Source: Clostridia bacterium
Lineage (GTDB): Bacteria; Bacillota; Clostridia; Oscillospirales; CAG-272
Assembly: GCA_017623975.1 (NCBI GenBank)
Contig: JAGANX010000018.1
Coordinates: forward strand, 1-61,541
Direction of reading: 5' to 3'
DNA: 61,541 bases
Part shown: piece after piece, positions 40,165 through 50,600 of the stretch
Position numbering within the stretch: position 1 is the first letter of the stretch
How the letters are laid out: every line of letters begins with the position of its first letter
Position numbers and translations under genes: made by a program
Notes under the pieces: model-generated
Database searches by the model: none
Told to the model about the DNA's origin: nothing
Seen by the model: the letters and a program-made list of their open reading frames with translations, nothing else

Positions 40165-43113
40165 TTAGATTGTGCGCTTTGCCAAAACCTCCTTAAAGCG
40201 AATTCCGTGGATTTCGTACTCGCCCTCCTCGTCCTCTACAAGCTCGTACATATCGTCTCTTGTGTCCGATATGAGCTTATAAAGATTGTTATTTGCGTTG
40301 CAAATTGCAGACAAAAGGAGTGAACGGCAGGGAGCTGCATCGCCCTTTTCTTCGTCCAAGCTCTTTACGAGAAGTCTTAAAACCCCCTCATTTTTCATCT
40401 TGCGTTTGACGAAGTTAGCGCAGTCAAGCTCTATTGCGTGACATTCCTGCATCATCATTTCCTTCTCGTCATCGTAAAGCCTGAACATTATGCCTCGTTT
40501 GAGTGCCAAGGCGGTTTTGTTTAAGATAAGCTCGACTACTATTTGGCGCCTGTATGTATAGTCGTTGTCCTCTATCCTGCCCTCGTACTCAGGGAGAAGC
40601 GAGGCAAGGGGTACCGGCTTAACCGTCCTTGGGGACCTGCGTATTACCGCCTCTATCTCATTATCAATGAGCTGCATTGACGTTACGATTTCCTTTGTGT
40701 AGCTGCCTTTTGATTTTGGTGCTTTGTTCTTTGTTGCATTTTTGGATTTGGAATACTTGAAGAATTGAGGCTTTTTGTCCTCCTTCTCTATGCACTCGCT
40801 TCTTACCTCTTTTATAACCTGTTGGGCATCAATACCGTAATCACGCTTTGCCTTGTCAATCTCAATACCGCTGAGCACTGCAAGCTTGCAGATTTCATAG
40901 TAAAGGGCTGACACGTCCTCACCCTTATTATGCTTGTCCCAATAGATGCTGTTAAGCCACTGGGAAAGGTTTACTATGTTGCCTATCTTGTTGTTGGAAA
41001 TGTCCCTGTCCATCTCCCAAAGCTCCTGCTTTTTAGGTACTGCGCTTTCGTTACAGTAGGGGACTAAAAAGCTGTCGTAGTGCTTCTTTGCTGCATTTAG
41101 CATTATCTCGTTGTCGGTTACTAACATAGTGTCACTGTCAAAGTCACAGCCGTTGAGCCTTTGGAGCAGGTTTTGACCGATGGAGTTTACGCAAACGATT
41201 TCCTTTGTCAGTTTAAAGTACCTTGTGTAGGCATCATCCTCTGTATAGGCATTTTGAACTAAGTATAGGTTACCCATTGTAATGTGCGGGCTTCTTGCGC
41301 AAAGCAGGTCCTTACCGTTTTCAAAGCGGGATATGCGGATTTGATTGCCTTTAAGTGCTTTTTCCACAGGGGCATTGTAGTCAAAGTCCTTATCTATGAT
41401 AGCACAAAGCATTTCATAACCGTTACCAAAGAGTGTTGCGTTTGTACCGTTTACAAGGATGTGGCCCTTTCTAATCTCACCCACAACGGACTTTTTAATT
41501 TGCGAACGGAACTCGGAGTACAGCTTTGTTTTTGCGAAGCTGTCATTTAAAGATAGGAGCTTTGTAATTACCCCTTTTCTCATACCTGTAAGCTCGTCTG
41601 CATCCTGTTCCTCCTCGCCCTCTCCTATGTACTCATCCTCCTCTATGCTATCGTCCTTCAACTGCATATTGATGTAATATCGCATAAAGGTTGGGTTTGC
41701 TTGAATGTTCCAAAGGTATTGGAGGGACGGGCGTAAAAGGTCTGAAACCTCGTCCTTGTTAAGATTTAAGGTGTTAATGAGCTGGTAGCTTGCCTGCACC
41801 ATTCTTCCGTCAAAGTGCTTAGTCGGCTTCTCGGTTTTTACAAGACCGAACACAGAGTCTGCATTTTGCAGCCATTGCTTAATGGACTCAATTCTACCCT
41901 TACCGCAAAGCTTGATGTATTTAAGGCTTGAATCGGTTACCACAAGCTTTATGTCCTGTATTGACTTTGCTTCGGTGTATGCGCTGCCGTTTAATTGGTC
42001 AAGGGACACAATACCGTTATCACGGAACCATGCTTGAAGGTTAGTATTGAAGGTACAGGATTTGAAGAACCTGTTACGAAGGAGCATCATTCCCTTGTGA
42101 CCGTATCCGTTTTCCTCAAAGATGCTTGTGTCAAGAAGACCCTGTCCGTCCCAGATAGTGTTTTCCACCGTTACATCTTGGGGCTTTGCCGTAACCTTGC
42201 CGTCCTTGTCCTTACCCACGCCAACGACACGGCTTTCAAAGCGGCTAACCGCATCGGGAATGAATAAGATAGATGACAAGGGAATGTCAATTTCCTTTTC
42301 CATATTGGAAAGGGTTAAGGATATGTAGGACTCCTTTGAGATTTGGTCCTTAACCTTGTCAAGGTCAAGACCGCAGGCGCTCCACCTCATCATTTCCTTG
42401 TAAAGAGGCTCCATGATGAAAAGACAGTTACCCTGTCGGCTACTGCCCGCGCTACGCTTGTATCTAACGTACTTGACAGGATAGTCACCGTGAACGGTAA
42501 AGCCGTTTTCGTAAACGCGCTTTCTTAACTCGTTTCTTGACATTAAGGTTGGTAGCTTCTTACTTGTCTTACAGTAGCATTTTGACTCCTCATCGTAAGA
42601 AAAGTATCCGCCTAAGACGTTTTTGTTGCAAGGAGACACTACCTCGCCGTACTTTTCAAGCTCATAGCCGTTTTTCTTGGTTTCATAAGGAACCTCAATG
42701 GCAACAAGCTCTCCGTTTCTTACACAAACGTGGTCAACGATATCGGTAGCGAAATCAATCTGCTCACCCTTTAAAATGTAAACGTAACCGTTCTTTCCCT
42801 TTTTCTTGCTGAACGCTTTGTCGTCACTGTTGAAAACGACATTTACAACCGCCAAGGTTGCATCATACTTTTCTTCTCCGCTAAGGTGTGCGCCAACGAC
42901 AAATTTACCTTTAAGCCTTTTTGATTTCTTAGCATTTTCAAAAGCGTTTTGGATATGTTTAAGCTCTAAGCTGTTATGTAAGAAGGAATTAAATCTTCTA
43001 AAATTCAGCTCTCCGTCTTCCTTATATATGTGAAAGTCTGTGCCACGTCTGTCGATTTCATAAGCCTCTCTTGCTTCTAATGTTAAAATCTTATACTTTT
43101 TCATATTCTTCAT
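40165..43113 (-). CDS. YonO-like / eukaryotic RdRP-like single-subunit double-psi-beta-barrel RNA polymerase
   Basis: YKRSAGSSRQG, NTIWDGQGL, LRNRFFK, RSPH, LNGCDFDSD (41131-41145 encodes DFDSD), IGNIVNLS and EIDKAK, in the motif order of RdRP/YonO proteins; GGAGG RBS. Confidence 0.82.
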   Translation of the reverse strand: MKNMKKYKILTLEAREAYEIDRRGTDFHIYKEDGELNFRRFNSFLHNSLELKHIQNAFENAKKSKRLKGKFVVGAHLSGEEKYDATLAVVNVVFNSDDKAFSKKKGKNGYVYILKGEQIDFATDIVDHVCVRNGELVAIEVPYETKKNGYELEKYGEVVSPCNKNVLGGYFSYDEESKCYCKTSKKLPTLMSRNELRKRVYENGFTVHGDYPVKYVRYKRSAGSSRQGNCLFIMEPLYKEMMRWSACGLDLDKVKDQISKESYISLTLSNMEKEIDIPLSSILFIPDAVSRFESRVVGVGKDKDGKVTAKPQDVTVENTIWDGQGLLDTSIFEENGYGHKGMMLLRNRFFKSCTFNTNLQAWFRDNGIVSLDQLNGSAYTEAKSIQDIKLVVTDSSLKYIKLCGKGRIESIKQWLQNADSVFGLVKTEKPTKHFDGRMVQASYQLINTLNLNKDEVSDLLRPSLQYLWNIQANPTFMRYYINMQLKDDSIEEDEYIGEGEEEQDADELTGMRKGVITKLLSLNDSFAKTKLYSEFRSQIKKSVVGEIRKGHILVNGTNATLFGNGYEMLCAIIDKDFDYNAPVEKALKGNQIRISRFENGKDLLCARSPHITMGNLYLVQNAYTEDDAYTRYFKLTKEIVCVNSIGQNLLQRLNGCDFDSDTMLVTDNEIMLNAAKKHYDSFLVPYCNESAVPKKQELWEMDRDISNNKIGNIVNLSQWLNSIYWDKHNKGEDVSALYYEICKLAVLSGIEIDKAKRDYGIDAQQVIKEVRSECIEKEDKKPQFFKYSKSKNATKNKAPKSKGSYTKEIVTSMQLIDNEIEAVIRRSPRTVKPVPLASLLPEYEGRIEDNDYTYRRQIVVELILNKTALALKRGIMFRLYDDEKEMMMQECHAIELDCANFVKRKMKNEGVLRLLVKSLDEEKGDAAPCRSLLLSAICNANNNLYKLISDTRDDMYELVEDEEGEYEIHGIRFKEVLAKRTI

Positions 43114-43259
43114 ATTAAGCCTCCTGATAATTTAAATATTCTTTTTTCGCAAACAACATATGTTGTCTTTGATTTATTTTTTATCTTCGGCTCACAAGTC
43201 CTTTCACTCGCGACCAATACGCCCGTTAAGGCTTTTGGCACTTCTCTTTTATTATATAT

Positions 43260-43288
43260 ATTATAGCGCTGATTTTTAGCCCTGTCAA
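43260..43288 (-). promoter_or_regulatory. sigma-A promoter of the polymerase-like gene
   Basis: TTGACA (43288-43283)-17-TATAAT (43265-43260). Confidence 0.8.
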
Positions 43289-43389
43289 TCTTTAATTTTT
43301 TTGGTCATTTTTGGAGATTTTACTACATATTGCAATTTGGTACCTGCTTGTAGTATAATATATATAAACACTATGGCAAGGAGAAGCTT

Positions 43390-45360
43390 ATGAGTACAAA
43401 ATTAACCGTATATGACGACCGTGGTATTCAAGCCTTAAACGGCGGAGATATCAGTATTTGCTACACCCTTAAAACCGATGATATAACAAAAGGGGAAAAG
43501 AAGCCTCAAACTCCGTATGTTGATAGGATTGACGAAATAATATTAAAAGACGGTAAATGGATTGGGGAATTGACTAATTCTACGGTTGAATACTCTCCGT
43601 ATTTAGACGGAGTTAGCGTTACCGTTACAACCAAAAGCGAGGATTTAAGCGAATTCGGAGTAAATCTCCCCTTTAATTTTATGGGCAAGAAAAACGGTGG
43701 CGGCTGGAAAAACCAATTGCTTTTTAACTCTCCGTACACTTCCCCCCACAAAAGATTTATGTACTTTTATCTAACCAACCCACAAAACAAGTGCTTTGTT
43801 GTAGCCATAACCTCAAAGGCGGACGGGTGGAAAATGGACTATTCTCCTTACTGCTGGGGTCACTTTTTCGTAAATTTAAAGCTTCTTGCAAATTATGACC
43901 GTGCCTACGCAACAGGCTCAAATAACAAAAGTATTTCCTTCGTTATTTTGCCTGTTTCAGATTTTTCCTCCTGCCTTGATGCTTTAAGCAAGGTATATAA
44001 CGCACCGTTCCTTGACTATGATATAAGCGGCGGTGAATTAGGCACAGAAATTAATTTAATACCCTTCGGCAGTGTTGACTCCGTTATCGAAGAATACCAA
44101 GGAAAAACACAAGTGCTTGCTTTTAAGGAAAAATACAAAATTTCCCACCCGGGTGAAGTAACCCTGACTCCTGCTTATAAAGGAGTTAAGGGTGCGCCCG
44201 TTACGGTTTACGGATATGAAAGCCTTTACTCTCTTTACAAAAAATCGGTTGACAGCGTAGATTTGCAGGTTATTGAAAGGAATACTGACGGCAACCTTTG
44301 CGAGCATCAATGCTGGGCAAGTGCCACCCTGCGCTTCCTTATTAAATACGGAAGCAAAATAACAAAGGAAGAAAAAAACGCATTGGAAAATAAGGTTAAG
44401 TGCTTGCTTGACATTATAACAGAAGGTGATGAAGGCTTAGCAATCCCCCACCGTACAATTTTAAACAAGCCACACGATAGATACCCTGCATACAATGTAT
44501 ATAAATCCTGCCGTGTACAGGAGCTTGCCCACGGTATCACAATTTTGCTTGACGCATATAGGTATTTCAAGGATGAAAAATATTTAACCTATTTAAAGGG
44601 AGCTGTAAGCTGCTTAATTTCCTATTACCAAAGGGATGACGGGCGCATTGAGGTTGTATGGGACAGCGGCTGCTGTGAGGACTATACCACCGTTTGCTGT
44701 CCTATGATACAGCTTTGCGACGTAGCAAGCTTTTTTAAAGGAACTCCATTTGGCGAAGATGTGAAAATGGCAGCATCAAAAATGGCTCGCTACCTTTATA
44801 ACCGCGGTCTTGTTTTCCCAACAGAGGGCGGTGTTAGCGAGCAAACGGAGATGGAAATGGAGGATGGCTCTATTTCCTGCACTGCCTTGGCGCTGTTATA
44901 TTACTGCTACAACCTTGAAAAGCGTGATGAGTACATAAAAAAGGCAAAGGAAATTCTTGATATGCACGAAAGTTGGGTTATAAAAGCCCCTATTTGCCAA
45001 ATGCACGGCTCATCCCTGCGTTGGTGGGAAACACAATGGGAGGGGGATGCCGACGGTCCTGCTATTTGCGCAGGCCACGCCTGGTCTATTTGGCGCGGCG
45101 AGGCAGACCTGCTTTACTACCTTTTAACCAAGGATGAAACGCATAAAATCAAAGCGCGCAACACATTTTTAACTAACCTTTCAAAAATCAGAGAGGACGG
45201 CACGACCTATTCAACCTACAACCCGGACGAAATAAACGGCGGTGGCTTTTCCGATAAGGCGGAAAACGTAAAATTTGAAATAGCAAAAAAGTTTTCCGCA
45301 ACAAAGGACTGCGGAATTTCCCGCTATGTTTGGATAAGGATAGGCAACTATATAAAATAA
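43390..45360 (+). CDS. hypothetical protein, possibly an (alpha/alpha) barrel glycosidase-like enzyme
   Basis: 656-aa ORF with GGAG RBS; helical C-terminal half rich in W/D/E/Y; no recognisable family motif. Confidence 0.6.
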   Translation: MSTKLTVYDDRGIQALNGGDISICYTLKTDDITKGEKKPQTPYVDRIDEIILKDGKWIGELTNSTVEYSPYLDGVSVTVTTKSEDLSEFGVNLPFNFMGKKNGGGWKNQLLFNSPYTSPHKRFMYFYLTNPQNKCFVVAITSKADGWKMDYSPYCWGHFFVNLKLLANYDRAYATGSNNKSISFVILPVSDFSSCLDALSKVYNAPFLDYDISGGELGTEINLIPFGSVDSVIEEYQGKTQVLAFKEKYKISHPGEVTLTPAYKGVKGAPVTVYGYESLYSLYKKSVDSVDLQVIERNTDGNLCEHQCWASATLRFLIKYGSKITKEEKNALENKVKCLLDIITEGDEGLAIPHRTILNKPHDRYPAYNVYKSCRVQELAHGITILLDAYRYFKDEKYLTYLKGAVSCLISYYQRDDGRIEVVWDSGCCEDYTTVCCPMIQLCDVASFFKGTPFGEDVKMAASKMARYLYNRGLVFPTEGGVSEQTEMEMEDGSISCTALALLYYCYNLEKRDEYIKKAKEILDMHESWVIKAPICQMHGSSLRWWETQWEGDADGPAICAGHAWSIWRGEADLLYYLLTKDETHKIKARNTFLTNLSKIREDGTTYSTYNPDEINGGGFSDKAENVKFEIAKKFSATKDCGISRYVWIRIGNYIK

Positions 45361-45478
45361 AAGAGGCTGACACATTATCTTTTCTTATCTGCCAAGTAAA
45401 TCATATAAATATAAAAAACAGGAATTGTGAAAAATTCCTGTTTTTTTAGTAGAAAAATATTAGTTCAATTAATTCTGT

Positions 45479-47635
45479 TTATTCAAATTTTGTGTAATCC
45501 TCAGCGAAGATAATATTATCAAAATAAAATTCCTTGTTTTGATATCCGTTGTTAACATCTCCGTAGAAGTAAATACCTGTTATTAAGGTATCCTCTGTTA
45601 GCTTTGCACTGCCTTTTGTAAAGTACTCAATGGGGAATGCAAAGTAACCTTTTTTACCCATCATGCTTATTCCATCACCACTACCAAAGCAACCGTCACC
45701 GCCGTGCATTAATTCAACCCACTCGGTTTCACCGTCCGCTAAATAATAGAATGGAGACTTACCATAGTCATCTGTACGGTAGTTTGTACTGCCTGAACGC
45801 AAGCCCCAGCACGCCTTTCTCATTTCAACAGCAGTAAAGTCCATCCAAACAACTAAATATTTGTTGTTTCCCAGCAGCTCCTGTCTTTCCTCTTCAAAAT
45901 CAATATAGAATTCAAAGTTACCGGTAGAACTTCTTGACACCTTAATGCCACTCGTTCCGCCTGCACCATTGCCCGATACTATTTCTACAACTGCGGAGCC
46001 GCTTAATCTTCCACCGTCATAACCTTTTACAGTTATTGTTGATGTAAATTCTTCAAAAGACTCTTTTGAGTATGTGCCCTGTGCCAAGTCTATTTCAAAC
46101 TTAATGTCGTTAAACGCTCTTGCACAGTAGTTTTTGTCCGCAAAGCTAACACCTTCTCCGTCAAACATATAAAACTCTGCAATTATTGGAAGCTCCTTCA
46201 TTTCATCTGTATCGATGCCCACAATAATCAATTCAAACATTGTTGAACCCATATTGTCATTACAGGAAACCTTGCTTGCGTTGCTCAATACCAATTGACC
46301 GTTTTCAACCTTAACCTCGCCGTTTTCGTTTCCTACGACATAACCAAAGTCGAATTTTTCGTTATTTGTTGCTTCCATATATGTAGAATATGCTTCTTGG
46401 TTAATTACAGTACCCAAAACCATGCTTGTGCCTGTAAAGCTAATGGAATAACCAAGATTTTCAAATAAAGGAGCATATCCTCCCTTTACAATTTCCTCAT
46501 GTCCGCAAATTTTACATTTTTTAACATCTGCACCGTATGAGGAATATCCGTCAACATAAACAATAGTCACTTCATCATCGTGAGACAGTTTACCTATATT
46601 TTTGTTTTTAGTCGGAGTGCTTCCGCGGTAATAGTCAGCATAACCGTCGCTTGAACAGGTTGGGTATGTAATAACATCATATATTGCCGCATCTCCGCCG
46701 CCGTCATTTCCAAAGGTACCGCTTACTCCTGCAAAAGTACAATTCATAAGCTTTATGTTTTGCTTACCTGTATATGTTTCAACTTCAATTATGCCTGCGG
46801 TTTCGTCATAACTATTGAAAATACAGTTTGTTGCAGGCAACGCATGCTCAAAGGAGCTCATCACACGATCCTTAAATACATATGCCGCATCATACCAACA
46901 GTCGTTTACTATTTTGAAATCATAGAACTTAACATTTGTAAATTCAGAGCCTCGGGTTAAGTTAAAGTTGTAACTCTTACCGTAAAAGCCACCGTAAATA
47001 ACGGAATTGTTTATTATAAGCCTTCTATCTGCCAAATCATGATTATACTTATTATTTGCGCCTTGAATTGTGATTGCGGAAACGGTTGCACCGTCAGCAT
47101 TGCGAAGGACGGAGCTTTCTACAACCATTTCTGTTTGGTTGCCTGCCACACAGGGAGAGTTAATACAAAACGCATCCGCGGGTGCTAACATATACATATT
47201 TTTAATGTAAATGTTACCGTGAATAATTACAATTAAGTTTGATGTGCCTGTTACATCTGCCAAAACACTATTATCATAGTGTGTATAGTCTTGATAGTTG
47301 TTTACAGGGTTACTGCCGTTTAGGTAAAGGCTTGCGCCCTTATTATTAATATAGAACAAGCCCTTATCATCACCGTTGCCTGTTGCGCCAACATAATTTA
47401 ACTGCTTTGAATTAAAGTCAATATTTACAGTTATTGCTTTTTCAATTTTAATTTGAGTATTTACCTCAATGCTTTCACTTAAAGTGATGTTTACAGTGTC
47501 ACCGTCATTTGCTTGACTGATTGCATCTAAAATATCGCCCTCATTTGTGGCTGTTACATCGCTTGCAAAAGCAGAAAATGCAAAAAGCATAGCAAAAAGG
47601 CATACTGCAAAAACAAAAATTAATGTCCTTTTCAT
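45479..47635 (-). CDS. secreted protein, paralog of the adjacent gene
   Basis: Signal peptide SAFA-S; shared N-region, GYS domain and C-terminal YRTDDY..HGxDGCFG domain. Confidence 0.75.
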   Translation of the reverse strand: MKRTLIFVFAVCLFAMLFAFSAFASDVTATNEGDILDAISQANDGDTVNITLSESIEVNTQIKIEKAITVNIDFNSKQLNYVGATGNGDDKGLFYINNKGASLYLNGSNPVNNYQDYTHYDNSVLADVTGTSNLIVIIHGNIYIKNMYMLAPADAFCINSPCVAGNQTEMVVESSVLRNADGATVSAITIQGANNKYNHDLADRRLIINNSVIYGGFYGKSYNFNLTRGSEFTNVKFYDFKIVNDCWYDAAYVFKDRVMSSFEHALPATNCIFNSYDETAGIIEVETYTGKQNIKLMNCTFAGVSGTFGNDGGGDAAIYDVITYPTCSSDGYADYYRGSTPTKNKNIGKLSHDDEVTIVYVDGYSSYGADVKKCKICGHEEIVKGGYAPLFENLGYSISFTGTSMVLGTVINQEAYSTYMEATNNEKFDFGYVVGNENGEVKVENGQLVLSNASKVSCNDNMGSTMFELIIVGIDTDEMKELPIIAEFYMFDGEGVSFADKNYCARAFNDIKFEIDLAQGTYSKESFEEFTSTITVKGYDGGRLSGSAVVEIVSGNGAGGTSGIKVSRSSTGNFEFYIDFEEERQELLGNNKYLVVWMDFTAVEMRKACWGLRSGSTNYRTDDYGKSPFYYLADGETEWVELMHGGDGCFGSGDGISMMGKKGYFAFPIEYFTKGSAKLTEDTLITGIYFYGDVNNGYQNKEFYFDNIIFAEDYTKFE

Positions 47636-47646
47636 TTTCTTACCTC

Positions 47647-50600
47647 TTATTTAATATCCTTATAATTTTCTACGAGCTGAATTTTGTCAAAATAGAATGG
47701 CTTACCTGCACCGTTGTTTACATCACAGTAGAAGTAAATGCCTGTTACAAGGGTATTTTCGTCCACTATTCTTGATCCGTAGTGGAAGTATTCAACAGGT
47801 AGCGCAAGATAACCGCACTTTCCTATCATAGAGCTGCTTTGCGCAGTACCGAAGCAACCGTCATTTCCGTGAGAAATCTGAGTCCATTCACTTTCTCCCT
47901 GTGCTAAATAATAAAACGGTGAATTGGAGTCATAGTCATCGGTTCTATAAGGAACGGTTCCGTTTGAAGATAACAAGCCAAAGCAAGCCTTTCTAAAATC
48001 AACGTTAGTAAAGTCAACCCATAAAACAAGATACTTGTTTTCGCCTAATTTACCGTACATTTCCTCGCTAAAACAGATGTTCATTTCACTGTTTCCGCCG
48101 GTGCTTCTTACAAGCTCGATTTTACCGTCAACTATTTGGGCGGTAAATGATCCGTTCAAATTATTATTATCGTAGCCCGTGCTTTCAAATTGTACGCTTC
48201 CGCTATCGAAGGATACATTCTTATCATAAGCACCGTATTTGTCGGGATTTACTCTTTCAACGATATATGATGTATATGTTGTTACGTCGTTAATCGTCTT
48301 TAAATCCATATCAAATATGCGGGCGCCCTCGTGGTCAGCACTGTTTGAGTAGCCCAGCTTTGAAATTGTAACAGCTGAGCAAAGCTTAACGCCGTAATAA
48401 TTGTACATATAGTCGTTATTATGGTCGTGTCCCGTTACGATAGCCTTTACATCACCGCGTTCAAGAATTGTTTCAAACAAATCAGTGTCGTAATATGATG
48501 GGCAAATACCCTCGTATCTATCACCTGTGTAATTATATACAATTTCCTTATTATCTTTGTTTTCATACGCCTTTTGGTTTTCAAGCAAAGGAATATGGAA
48601 AGCCATTATACCCTTAACTGCCTTGCCGCCGTTATACTCTTGCAAAAGCTCTGATGTTTCCTTATACCAAGCGATTTGGTCCTCATGTATGTAATCGTAG
48701 CTATATGTGCTGTTGCTTGTGCCTGAGTCAAGGAAATATATTACAGAGCCAAGTGTACCGTTTTTATTGTAAATACCGTGGACGTAGTTGCCAACGCCCC
48801 AAAGGTCGTCTCCACCCTCGTCCTTGGAAATACAATATTCATAGCTTTCGTAAATTGCCTGCTGCATTTGGTTACTCACACCTGCTTCACGGTCGTGGTT
48901 ACCGTAAACGTGGCACCAAGGAATCTTTTTTTCCTCAATATAGCCAACCATTTTGTCAAGGCACTTCCTCAAACTTGCCTCGTTGCTTGCACCCCAAGTG
49001 TTGTCGCCTGTAAAAATAATAAGATTAGGGTTCTCCCTGTCCACAAGCAGCTTAATTCTGTTTTCAACCTCTGTGGTATCAGAGCTTGGAGAGATGTGCA
49101 AATCAGCCAAAATCATTACTTTAAACGAGCCATCATCGTTATAGTAAAGCTTATGCTTCGATTCAAGAAGCTTGTTTACTTTCACCTTAACCTCATCAAT
49201 AGTATCTACTATTCCGTTAAATGTCACCATTTCTATCTCCTTATGTGCCTGCTTTGCATAGGTCAATTCTGTTCCGTCATATACATAAAACTCTGCCATA
49301 AATTCAGTCGCCTTGTTATTATCTTTAAAGCCAACTATTTTCAAATCAAAGTATTGGCAGCTGTTATTTTTAAAGGAAACCAAATATCCGCCATTTGCAT
49401 TAACTCTTCCGTTTTCAACGGTAAGCTCCAAGGCTTTGCCGCCTACAACAATACCAAAGTCAAAGGCTGTATTTTGTGTATTTTCAAGGTAATAATCCAA
49501 TACCTCTTTATGTAGCTTTACCCCAAGGGTCATGCTGTTTCCTGCCTCGTTTACCGAATAGCCGAGGTTTTCAAACACAGGGTCAAAAACGCTGTCTGTT
49601 TCATAATCAAGCATACAAAGTGAGCATTTTGAAACGCCCCTGCCTGCGTTTGCATAACCGTTTTTATAAGCTACTCTTTCCTTTTCATATTTGTGGTCAA
49701 GTACGTTAAGCTCCCAGCTATCCTTTTTATAGTCCTGCATTGGTTTACCACCGGTGCTTGAATCATAGTTTGAATAGCTGTATGTTAAGCCACCCTCTAA
49801 ACAACTTGGCATTTTTTCAACTATGTAAATGTGAGCAGTACCGCCCTTATCACCTGAAAACTTACCGCCGTTTTCAACTGATGCAAAATCACAGTTATAA
49901 AGCTTAATATTTTGCTTTCCCGTTTCTGTATATACCTTTACAGTACCCTTTTCCTCGCCGTAGGTGCTAAACACACAGTCGGATATCAAAAGTGCCTTTT
50001 CAAAAGAATTCATCGTACCTGAATGGTTCGGGTCATACCAACAGTCATTCTTAATATAAAAATCGTAAAACTTAACATTTGTAAAGGAAGAACCCGCTGT
50101 TAAGTTAAAGTTGTAATTCGTTCCGAAAAATCCACCGTATTCAACGGAGTTTTTTAAAATTACATCTCTTTTAACAAGGCCGCCAATATCGTTAGTCCTG
50201 TTAGTTCCCTTTACTGTTATAGCAGAGGTCTGCGCCCCTTCCCTTGTCCTTAAAACAGAGCTATCAACCGTAATTACACAGTCCGCCCCGTTAACAGGCT
50301 CACTGTTAATAACAAAGGTATCGTTAGTTGCATAGAAATATGCGTTTTCAATGTTTAAAATACCCTTTTCAATTGATATTAGGTTACCTGTACCAATATA
50401 GTCCGCCTTTACATCCTGCCCGTAATGGGTGTAGCTCTTTGGGTCAGCCAAAAGGTTAGAGCCTTTTAGGTTAAGGGTTGCGCCCGGGTTGGTTACATAA
50501 AAACCGCCTATATGCGTGTTAGCCCCCGCTGTACCCTTGTAATTTAACTGCTTGCCGTTAAAATCAATATTGACGGTTATGTCTTTATTAATAGTAACAG

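Noticed and set aside
40165-43113. Prophage around the YonO-like gene
   Set aside because: No integrase, terminase, capsid, tail or att repeats seen; the neighbours are metabolic genes
43151-43166. NrdR box in the polymerase leader
   Set aside because: Only a single site, and it mismatches the consensus in the right half
48778-49515. 245-aa plus-strand ORF and similar antisense ORFs (e.g. 1927-2523, 10091-10549)
   Set aside because: Shadow frames opposite well-supported genes, with no motifs
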